Shown here piece by piece: positions 1 through 6,747 of a DNA stretch of 21,620 nt. Position 1 is the first letter of the stretch. Every line of letters begins with the position of its first letter. The stretch comes from a virus (taxonomy: Duplodnaviria; Heunggongvirae; Uroviricota; Caudoviricetes): IMG/VR virus record IMGVR_UViG_3300046692_000144, positions 1-21,620 of that record; one strand, written 5' to 3'. The notes beneath the pieces are model-generated. The model did not search any database. It saw only the letters and a list, made by a program, of their open reading frames with translations, and had not been told where the DNA came from. The translations under genes were made by a program, and so were the position numbers.

Positions 1-1
1 T

Positions 2-115
2 TCATATGTCCGTAGACTGGGATTGGGATTCGTTTCCTACCAACTAAAGTTGGTGAGAACGTGTATTGGGGACCAAACTGGTCTAACGTTTAGCTGGTGT
101 GAGGGAGTCGTTTAG
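2..115 (+). CDS. possible 3' end of an upstream gene (5'-truncated)
   Basis: Frame is open from the window edge to TAG at 113-115 (…SYVRRLGLGFVSYQLKLVRTCIGDQTGLTFSWCEGVV*), same orientation as the downstream genes. Too short to confirm. Confidence 0.3.
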   Translation, partial: SYVRRLGLGFVSYQLKLVRTCIGDQTGLTFSWCEGVV

Positions 116-167
116 GACTAAAATAATCGCCTAAATTTATAATCTAAACGATGTTAGGAGCAGTAAT

Positions 168-377
168 TTGAACGCAGACGCTTACCTGGAAGTTCTCCAG
201 GAACAAGAATACTTGATCGCTAACGACCGAAAATACGGTCAGCATAAGTATGCCCCAGAGGACGAGGGTTACGGTCCTGAAGAATGTGAGTGTGGAGCCG
301 AGATGCCTGAACCACGGCGTGCTTATGGCTTCAAACTTTGTGTCCCATGCAAGGAGTTGACTGAGAGGCGGGGATGA
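168..377 (+). CDS. TraR/DksA-like C4 zinc-finger protein
   Basis: C-terminal CECGAEMPEPRRAYGFKLCVPCKE matches the DksA/TraR C4 pattern (C..CG..IP..RR......LC..C). AGGAG RBS at 156-160, TTG start. Confidence 0.8.
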   Translation: MNADAYLEVLQEQEYLIANDRKYGQHKYAPEDEGYGPEECECGAEMPEPRRAYGFKLCVPCKELTERRG

Positions 378-784
378 GCGAGTTCAAGGTAACAATTAGT
401 AGTACACGGAAATCACTCTACTATGCGGACTTAGTGTGTATCAACGAGTGCTGTACATCGGACAGCATTACGGTTTCTTGTCTTCCTGGAAGTACCGAAG
501 AGCTGACTAAAGAAACCTACGTGTGTCGTTCGTGCGGCACTTCCTGGATTGCGGAGATGCACGCAGCGAGGATTGAAAGTATTACCTCACCATCGGGGGA
601 CTTCTACGACTCAACTCATCGTTCAACCTTTGTTGAGAAGGGGTCGTTTCAGCAAATCGAAACCCCAACAGGAGTCATCAAGGCAGCTCTTGAAGAGTTC
701 GTTACTGCTATGAAAATTGGTTCGCCAACCAGGAAGGGCGAGGCTCTTGGAAGACTCGCCTTCATGGCACGAGTTGAGCTATAG
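374..784 (+). CDS. hypothetical Cys-rich protein, probable zinc ribbon
   Basis: ATGA overlap with the upstream stop. Cys motifs CINECC and CRSCG. Confidence 0.65.
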   Translation: MSEFKVTISSTRKSLYYADLVCINECCTSDSITVSCLPGSTEELTKETYVCRSCGTSWIAEMHAARIESITSPSGDFYDSTHRSTFVEKGSFQQIETPTGVIKAALEEFVTAMKIGSPTRKGEALGRLAFMARVEL

Positions 785-1546
785 CTCTACGCCATAACCT
801 GAACGCAGAGTCTCCAACGCTTCTCGTTTGTGAGCATTGACTTCATCTCGGGTAAGACCGGTGGTCTTGGAGATCTCTTTAATAGACTTCTCCAGACCAT
901 CGTCAAAACCTAGAGACATCATCAACACTTGGCGGTGAATATCGCTGAGTTCTGAAATGCGCTGATGGAGGCGCTGATCATCGATTTCATCTTCTACCTG
1001 AAACTCTATGTCCACCAGTTCGGTGTCCGACAAGTCTTCGATAAAGCAAGTGAGGAACGCAGTCTCTGAAAGCTCCCGGACGTCCTTCTCTGGATGTCCT
1101 GGGCATGCGGCTAGGATCTGCTCAAAGGTGATATCTTCATCTCCTTCTTTTAGCCTTGCTATCTTCGCAGCCAGTTGTTGTTTCCAAATAGGCAGGGCGA
1201 CAAGACGAAGCTTGGACATTTCTTTCAGGATGCGCTGGAGAATCCACCAGCCCGCATAGGTCAGAAGGCGATTGCCAGATTCGATGCTATACTTATCGAC
1301 GCCAACCATAAGACCTTCGTTACCGCTGCTGAGAAGATCCTCAAACGAAGCTGGGTAACGGCGTGCATACTTCTTCGCGGTCTTGAACACGAAGCGAAGA
1401 TTGGCCTCGATCAGACGATCACGAGCGCGTTTCTTTTGTAGAGCGGTAGACGATTCAGACTTGAAGGTAACGAGGAGAGCCTTCTCCTCTTCTTTTGTAA
1501 GAAGCGGCGTTCGGTTGATAAGGTCGTAGTAGAGGCTGGTAGACAT
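779..1546 (-). CDS. phage-encoded sigma70-family RNA polymerase sigma factor (regions 1.2, 2 and 4)
   Basis: LLTKEEEKALL (1.2), RDRLIEANLRFVFKTAKKY (2.1), EDLLSSGNEGLMVGVDKY (2.2), TYAGWWILQRI (2.3/2.4), and a C-terminal HTH LSDIHRQVL…SIKEISKTTGLT (4). Confidence 0.92.
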   Translation of the reverse strand: MSTSLYYDLINRTPLLTKEEEKALLVTFKSESSTALQKKRARDRLIEANLRFVFKTAKKYARRYPASFEDLLSSGNEGLMVGVDKYSIESGNRLLTYAGWWILQRILKEMSKLRLVALPIWKQQLAAKIARLKEGDEDITFEQILAACPGHPEKDVRELSETAFLTCFIEDLSDTELVDIEFQVEDEIDDQRLHQRISELSDIHRQVLMMSLGFDDGLEKSIKEISKTTGLTRDEVNAHKREALETLRSGYGVEL

Positions 1547-1572
1547 TGAGATGTTCTCTTGATATACTCGGG

Positions 1573-1601
1573 AAGTTACTAATTAATAGCCACTATGTCA
1601 A
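1573..1601 (-). promoter_or_regulatory. host sigma70-type promoter upstream of the sigma gene
   Basis: On the - strand: TTGACA (1601-1596), a 17-nt spacer, then TAACTT (1578-1573), ahead of the AAGAG RBS and the ATG at 1546. Confidence 0.65.
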
Positions 1602-1610
1602 GAGGTTTAT

Positions 1611-1811
1611 ATGGCCGTAAACACAGTAGTTCTTCCAGACACCGATGACACCAAGGTATGTCTGGGATTTGCAGTAAAACTGGATTCGGAAGTTGGGCAG
1701 CTTGATCAGGTGTACCGTGCATTGAGCCAGATCAAAGGCGCACGTATCGCTTACTTGGATTCGAAGAAACTCCGAGTAGACGTTCCCGCACCCGTTAATC
1801 AAAAGACCTGA
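1611..1811 (+). CDS. hypothetical protein
   Basis: AGAGG RBS immediately upstream, divergent from the sigma gene, 66 aa. Confidence 0.7.
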   Translation: MAVNTVVLPDTDDTKVCLGFAVKLDSEVGQLDQVYRALSQIKGARIAYLDSKKLRVDVPAPVNQKT

Positions 1812-1816
1812 TCAAT

Positions 1817-1824
1817 GGTATAAC
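1817..1824 (+). promoter_or_regulatory. variant of the repeated promoter-like motif (GGTATAAC)
   Basis: 7/8 match to GGTATAAG, intergenic, upstream of the HNH gene. Lacks the downstream GTAG. Confidence 0.35.
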
Positions 1825-1867
1825 TAGATTGGAGCCGCAAACGTTATGTTTTTGCGGATGAATTTAG

Positions 1868-2824
1868 ATGGCGGTAAGAGCACCTAAGAATCCGGTAATA
1901 TCAGGTTATAAGTACGGCAGGCTGACAGCAGTATATGGCTCAGGAATCAGAAATGGAGACGTATGGCTATGCATGTGCGACTGCGGTAGTGAAGTAGAAG
2001 TGAAAGCCAAAGGTCTGATGTACGACGGGGCTAGATCTTGCGGTTGTTTGAGATACGACCCCGAGGTTATGGCGAGGATACTTACCGCTTCTTTAGCCTC
2101 TAGAGTGAGTAGGAGAACTTCTATTCTAGGGGCTAAGTTCGGACGCTTTACCGTAATAGAAGATGGAGACAGTGCCTACTTAACCTGCGTATGCGATTGC
2201 GGGGAGAGGGTTATCGTAGAGAGAAGCAGGGTTACAAGTGGTTCGGTAAGATCTTGTGGATGCCTTAGAAGGGATGTTCATTCACAGAGGATGATTGATC
2301 GTGCAAAAGCACATCGGAAATCTCTAGGGGTTCCTGAGGATACCCTGGTTAGGCCACGCAACTCAAAAACCTACCATAAATTAACTTGGCGGGTTAGGAA
2401 AAGAGATGGGTACTCTTGCGTACTATGTACTGGTATGGGGCCAGGACTACACGTTCACCATATCGAGAGTTGGCTCCAAAGGCCGGACCTAAGGGAAGAT
2501 GAGACAAATCTAGTAACTCTGTGTAAACTCTGCCACGTTCCTAAGGCGCATGCGGGGAATACTCGGGTAGAACCCGATTCAGCAGTTGCTGATATTTTGA
2601 AAGAATACATCCGTAACTTTTACCTAAACGAGGGTCTCGTGGAAAAAAACGGAAGCCTAGAATTGACGCCTGAAGAGGAGTCTAGTATCCGAAAAGGCAT
2701 TGTGCCAGATCGTATACGGCGCAACTGGGGTGACTTGTCTCCTCAGGAGTGTTTGCAGTTGGTAGAAAACAAAGATACACTCACCGATACAAACAACGAA
2801 AAACAACGAAACCAAGAAGGCTGA
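1868..2824 (+). CDS. free-standing HNH (homing-type) endonuclease
   Basis: Two N-terminal repeats (GYKYGRLT…WLCMCDCG…G..SCGCL; GAKFGRFT…LTCVCDCG…SCGCL), then RDGYSCVLC…LHVHHI…NLVTLCKLCHVPKAH (HNH with Zn Cys pairs). Codon usage rich in AGA/AGG/ATA, unlike its neighbours. Confidence 0.88.
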   Translation: MAVRAPKNPVISGYKYGRLTAVYGSGIRNGDVWLCMCDCGSEVEVKAKGLMYDGARSCGCLRYDPEVMARILTASLASRVSRRTSILGAKFGRFTVIEDGDSAYLTCVCDCGERVIVERSRVTSGSVRSCGCLRRDVHSQRMIDRAKAHRKSLGVPEDTLVRPRNSKTYHKLTWRVRKRDGYSCVLCTGMGPGLHVHHIESWLQRPDLREDETNLVTLCKLCHVPKAHAGNTRVEPDSAVADILKEYIRNFYLNEGLVEKNGSLELTPEEESSIRKGIVPDRIRRNWGDLSPQECLQLVENKDTLTDTNNEKQRNQEG

Positions 2825-2829
2825 TATTT

Positions 2830-3681
2830 ATGGACGTAACAAATCTGATCCCGTTGGCAGAAGCTCTTCCAGAAGCTTTGGCACACAACGCTCTTGAGCT
2901 CCTTGAGAAAATGGGGAGCGTCATCGAAGGTGTTGGTGACGAGGACATCACCTGGAAGCCTCCTCTTTTAAAAGTTGTCCAAGCTACTACTGACCGAAGT
3001 GCTTTGCCAAAGGGCACGACTATCGGGGATATGGTTGTGGGCGATGAAAAAGTAGAAGGTCCTTTTTCCATCATCCCGCTTCGCTTGTGGGATAGCCGTC
3101 AAATGTGGTCTCCAGATAAGGATGATAACCGCATCCTCTGCTGGTCTCCGGACGCGACTATGGGTATGACCGGTCAAGCCTGCCGAACTTGTCAATTTCA
3201 GGTCTTTGACACAGTTGAGAACAAGGTTGCTTGCACTAAGAACAAAACGTTCCTGGTGATCTCTTCTGATCTGCGTCACCTGTTCCAGGTGAACTTCTCT
3301 AAGAGTAACTACTCTCAAGGGGTAGAATTCCAAGGTCTGCTGAAGAAAGCGGGTGTTGCTACTCACCGTCGTCAGTACACTTTGGCGACTGAATCGTCGA
3401 AGAAGGTCAAGAACGTCGAGGCTCTGGTGGCAACTCCAGTGTCCCTGCCAGATGGCAACGTAGCTCCTGAACTGCGTCCTTTCCTGGAAGCACTGTTCAA
3501 CCAGATCAGCGATGACCGCAAGGCTCACCTGAACGACTTCAAAGTAATCGCTTCGACTCGTGCCGAACAAGCACGCTTGAGCGGTCCTGCTGAAGAAGAA
3601 TCGCCTCAGGGTCTGATCGAAGCTACTGCGGAAACCGCTTCCTCGGAGCAATCTGATCAAGCTCAGAAGTACACCTTGTAA
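2830..3681 (+). CDS. putative phage single-stranded DNA-binding/annealing protein
   Basis: Start reassigned to ATG 2830 (GAAGG RBS). WKPPLLKVVQ-type N-terminus, Cys cluster (C…CRTC…C), acidic low-complexity tail, located in the replication module. Function is inferred, not proven. Confidence 0.5.
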   Translation: MDVTNLIPLAEALPEALAHNALELLEKMGSVIEGVGDEDITWKPPLLKVVQATTDRSALPKGTTIGDMVVGDEKVEGPFSIIPLRLWDSRQMWSPDKDDNRILCWSPDATMGMTGQACRTCQFQVFDTVENKVACTKNKTFLVISSDLRHLFQVNFSKSNYSQGVEFQGLLKKAGVATHRRQYTLATESSKKVKNVEALVATPVSLPDGNVAPELRPFLEALFNQISDDRKAHLNDFKVIASTRAEQARLSGPAEEESPQGLIEATAETASSEQSDQAQKYTL

Positions 3682-3698
3682 CAATTGAAGTACTTGAA

Positions 3699-3728
3699 AA
3701 GCCTCGTTAATTCGGGGCTTTTCTTTTT
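3699..3728 (+). terminator. intrinsic terminator
   Basis: AAGCCTCG-TTAATT-CGGGGCTT followed by TTCTTTTT, just after the stop at 3681. Confidence 0.85.
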
Positions 3729-3749
3729 AACCACTACGAGGATTACTCT

Positions 3750-4301
3750 ATGAAGCCGTATCAGTTCAAGATGACAACCGGGGCTATCTATGTTGGTTTC
3801 CCTAGCGAAGACACAGGTTCACCATGGATAGTTCTGCATGGGGCGTGTAACTCTGCATTTATCAGCAGCGAAGGCCGCTACGATATTCGCGGTCTTTTTA
3901 CATCGACGGACCCTACTGAGCTGAACTTGGGTTGTGTCCAGGCTAAGCAGGAGTGCAACGATTACACTGACTCGACGTATGCCTACTGCCGGTATATCGG
4001 TGCGCTCATCTCGGCGATGAAAGAGGAAGAACTGGCTATCCCAGAAGTCTTCCTGGAATACATCAAGCACATCGATCCTTTCTTCATGGAAGCGTTTGAT
4101 GGCGTTGGCGTTCTTGACGCCGGGGCTTACGATTATGCCGTGACCTACAATACTGGTGATCAGGATAAACTGCGTCAAAAGATGGAGCGTATCGCCCGAG
4201 AGTACCACTCGGAATTGGTGACTGACGAGGAAAAGGCTTGCTCAAGCAATGTCGTAGCGCTACACTTTGGGAGCAATAAAAATGCCCCCGAAAAAGGCTA
4301 A
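3750..4301 (+). CDS. hypothetical protein
   Basis: GAGGA RBS, 183 aa, codon usage like the replication genes. Confidence 0.8.
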   Translation: MKPYQFKMTTGAIYVGFPSEDTGSPWIVLHGACNSAFISSEGRYDIRGLFTSTDPTELNLGCVQAKQECNDYTDSTYAYCRYIGALISAMKEEELAIPEVFLEYIKHIDPFFMEAFDGVGVLDAGAYDYAVTYNTGDQDKLRQKMERIAREYHSELVTDEEKACSSNVVALHFGSNKNAPEKG

Positions 4302-5235
4302 GACAACTGAGCGGGTACCTGAGATACCCTTGGATGAATCAATGAACGCCGAATGGCCCGATACAATCATTTCTAGCGAGGGATTAGGCCCCTGGTCCTA
4401 TTCTAAAAAAAAGCTTCTCCAGCAGTGCCCGTTTAAGTTCTTCCTGAACTACATCATTAAGTGGAAGGTTCCTCGTATCGTCGATGGGTCCCTGCCCGTT
4501 ACTGATATCGGGTCTGCTCTCCACTTGATCCTTGAGCACGTAACTGTCGGCAAGAGTATTACCGATGCTTACAAGATCACTCACCGCAAGCACTTCGATG
4601 CAATCGGTCAGGAGTTCTGGGATCAGTACGTAATCGGTAACGAGTACAACATCGTTGCTTTCCGTCAACGCCTTGATGATTTCGAACGTAAGTTCCCTAT
4701 CAAACGATTCCTCTGTGAAATCCGCATGGGCGTCACGAAGAACTGGGAACCGGCAGACTTCTTTGGTAACGACGTTTACTACCGTGGGGTAGTGGACTTG
4801 GTTATTCAGATGGAGAATGGCGACGGTCTGATCATTGACCATAAATCTGTTCTGAACAGTAACGGCTTCCTTAGCGTTAAGAACTTCAAGGAACAGTTGG
4901 AGGTTTACAAGCCTCTGATTCACCATGGTCTCATTCCTCTGAACGGTGCTCAGTCAGGTATTCACTTCATCGCTGATGGCGAAGTGAAGTTCGATGACTA
5001 CCACACGAAGGAGCAAATCGAAGGTCGTCTTCGCCATATGGTGGAGTACAACGTAGATAGCGCCATCGAAAACGTCAAAGAACTGGGCTTCTTCAAACAC
5101 AAAGCAGGTGGCCACTGTAAGTGGTGTGACTACCGAGTGATGTGCAAAGATAAGGCCGATCCGCAGCATCTGGCCTTCAGACAGCTAGAGAAGGATACCG
5201 AGAAGTTGTTTATCCCGGTAACACAGGTCGATTAA
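4282..5235 (+). CDS. PD-(D/E)XK RecB-family / Cas4-like exonuclease
   Basis: WSYSK…QCPFKF, GSALH..LE, RGVVDL…IIDHKS, QLEVY and C-terminal CKWCDYRVMC (1+3 Cys pattern). ATG 4282 preferred (GGGAG RBS). Confidence 0.88.
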   Translation: MPPKKAKTTERVPEIPLDESMNAEWPDTIISSEGLGPWSYSKKKLLQQCPFKFFLNYIIKWKVPRIVDGSLPVTDIGSALHLILEHVTVGKSITDAYKITHRKHFDAIGQEFWDQYVIGNEYNIVAFRQRLDDFERKFPIKRFLCEIRMGVTKNWEPADFFGNDVYYRGVVDLVIQMENGDGLIIDHKSVLNSNGFLSVKNFKEQLEVYKPLIHHGLIPLNGAQSGIHFIADGEVKFDDYHTKEQIEGRLRHMVEYNVDSAIENVKELGFFKHKAGGHCKWCDYRVMCKDKADPQHLAFRQLEKDTEKLFIPVTQVD

Positions 5236-5238
5236 ACG

Positions 5239-5263
5239 AAGCCCCGAAAGGGGCTTTTCTTTT
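5239..5263 (+). terminator. intrinsic terminator
   Basis: AAGCCCC-GAAA-GGGGCTT followed by TTCTTTT. Confidence 0.9.
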
Positions 5264-5273
5264 GGGGGTTCAA

Positions 5274-5552
5274 ATGAGTCGAATAATACTAGCAGATTTC
5301 CTCAGCAGGGTTCAGGCGGCTGGAGGGGACTTAAGCGGATGTCTACTTACTAGCCAGGACCAACGATCTCCTCACGAGTTCGTCAGGCTAATCACTTCTA
5401 GAACCGGATATACCAGGGTCGAGGTGAAGACTGGTGGCTCTTCTCACATAGCAAAGATGATAGATAACTTAATAGTGGATTCTATTTCCATTGCTACAAG
5501 TAGCAAGCTGGTCCACAACAGCCATATGATGATACGGTTTTTAGTACGATAG
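5274..5552 (+). CDS. small hypothetical protein, paralog family member (cluster A)
   Basis: Start moved to ATG 5274 (GGGGG upstream). N-terminus IILADFLSRV fits the family pattern. Confidence 0.6.
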   Translation: MSRIILADFLSRVQAAGGDLSGCLLTSQDQRSPHEFVRLITSRTGYTRVEVKTGGSSHIAKMIDNLIVDSISIATSSKLVHNSHMMIRFLVR

Positions 5553-5581
5553 ACCAATTACCAATCTTTTAGGCAGTCATT

Positions 5582-5597
5582 GGTAAAAGAGTAGTAG
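5582..5597 (+). promoter_or_regulatory. variant of the repeated promoter-like motif
   Basis: GGTAAAAG-AGTA-GTAG, intergenic, upstream of the AGGAGG RBS of 5616. Confidence 0.55.
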
Positions 5598-5615
5598 AGA
5601 CTAATAGGAGGCTCT

Positions 5616-5849
5616 ATGAATTTGCTTAAGTTCGAGAAGAAGATGCAGGAAAGAGGCGCTTCTCTTAACGGGTCCAATCTGACCCATGATAAAGATTCCT
5701 ATAAGGTGATCGGCGTAGATCTAGCGAATCATAAGAAAAATATGACGATTCGATACCAAGATCAGGACATCGTGATCACCATGAACAACTGGAATATTAT
5801 CGCAGTGCGATATGACATGGTTCGTGGGTTTGCCTGGGTGATGAAATGA
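5616..5849 (+). CDS. small hypothetical protein, paralog family member (cluster A)
   Basis: AGGAGG RBS. N-terminus LLKFEKKMQERGASLNG. Confidence 0.8.
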   Translation: MNLLKFEKKMQERGASLNGSNLTHDKDSYKVIGVDLANHKKNMTIRYQDQDIVITMNNWNIIAVRYDMVRGFAWVMK

Positions 5850-6082
5850 AATTCCAGTTGAGTAAGTTTTATCAAAAACTCCAACTAAAGGGACATACTC
5901 TAACTGGTTGGTACCTGGAGTTCGATGGGGATCTTCTTAAGGTAGTATACGATAACTCCAAGGGTTCTTTAGAGGTGATTTCCGAATCCCGTGGCAGCAA
6001 TCACCTTTTAAGAGTGACTAGCTGGCGACTGCTTCGTTGCTACCAGAAGATGAATGGCCAGAAAATACTGATGGTGGAGTGA
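5846..6082 (+). CDS. small hypothetical protein, paralog family member (cluster A)
   Basis: ATGA overlap. N-terminus LSKFYQKLQLKGHTLTG. Confidence 0.75.
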   Translation: MKFQLSKFYQKLQLKGHTLTGWYLEFDGDLLKVVYDNSKGSLEVISESRGSNHLLRVTSWRLLRCYQKMNGQKILMVE

Positions 6083-6085
6083 CGC

Positions 6086-6355
6086 ATGATTCTTTTATCG
6101 GACTTCGAAAAACGACTGAATGACAAGGGGATTGACCTTTTAGGTAACCACGTAGTCATCAACGAGTGTAAACAGTTGATACTAGAGCACCACGATTCTG
6201 GTCTACGTCTGTGGCTTAAAAGAGCCAATGGCTTTCAGGATCGACTTACTAAAAAGCGCTGGATGGTAACTAAGGTGTCTCCGGGTAAAGGCACGGCCCT
6301 GGTAGAAAGCGATGGGTTTGTTCTTCACCTAGTCATTGTGCCTGGAGGTGTCTGA
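6086..6355 (+). CDS. small hypothetical protein, paralog family member (cluster A)
   Basis: GGAG RBS. N-terminus LSDFEKRLNDKGIDLLG. Confidence 0.75.
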   Translation: MILLSDFEKRLNDKGIDLLGNHVVINECKQLILEHHDSGLRLWLKRANGFQDRLTKKRWMVTKVSPGKGTALVESDGFVLHLVIVPGGV

Positions 6356-6687
6356 TGAAAATACTTGAGTTTCTACAGGAATTGGTTAAGAGGGGCGGCA
6401 ATCCGAAAGAGGTGAAGATAGTAGCACCTAGTTGGAGTGGTGCTTGGAGAGATGGCGTATTTCTGGATGGAGTCGATGCCTTGAGCATTACTGTCTCCCC
6501 ATCCTTTAAGAGCCCTTCGATCCGCCTAGTAACTAGTCATCCGGTATTTGATTTCGAGGTGGACGGGTGCCACCGACTATTTGGCAAGGACTTCTTCCCC
6601 CACGTAGGAGGGAGGTCTCTGGTAAGCAAGGTTCCAACATACACAGTTCTACGTGTCATAGATCCAGTTGATAGGGTAAGAATTTAA
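6355..6687 (+). CDS. small hypothetical protein, paralog family member (cluster A)
   Basis: TGATG overlap, GGAGG RBS. N-terminus ILEFLQELVKRGG. Confidence 0.75.
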   Translation: MKILEFLQELVKRGGNPKEVKIVAPSWSGAWRDGVFLDGVDALSITVSPSFKSPSIRLVTSHPVFDFEVDGCHRLFGKDFFPHVGGRSLVSKVPTYTVLRVIDPVDRVRI

Positions 6688-6747
6688 GAGTAACATCCAG
6701 GACGCCACGAGGTCTATCTGACCTCAGTTAAACAGGATACCGGCACA

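Noticed and set aside
138-143. TATAAT upstream of the TraR-like gene as a sigma70 promoter
   Set aside because: Perfect -10, but no -35 at 16-18 nt and no TG extension, in an AT-rich gap. Not supportable as a feature.
1008-1441. + strand ORFs opposite the sigma gene
   Set aside because: Shadow ORFs with Ser-rich, non-protein-like composition.
1868-2824. HNH gene as part of a self-splicing intron
   Set aside because: The flanking genes look complete with their own starts and stops, and the flanks are too short to hold group I core elements.
2749-2829. N-terminal extension of the SSB-like ORF given in the track
   Set aside because: It overlaps the HNH tail, and the ATG at 2830 has an RBS and follows the HNH stop directly.
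2968-3684. 238-aa antisense ORF, and similar ones at 4384-4926, 7756-8244, 8812-9315 and 3819-4208
   Set aside because: They lie opposite well-supported genes, have no recognisable motifs or RBS, and are the expected shadow of biased codon usage.
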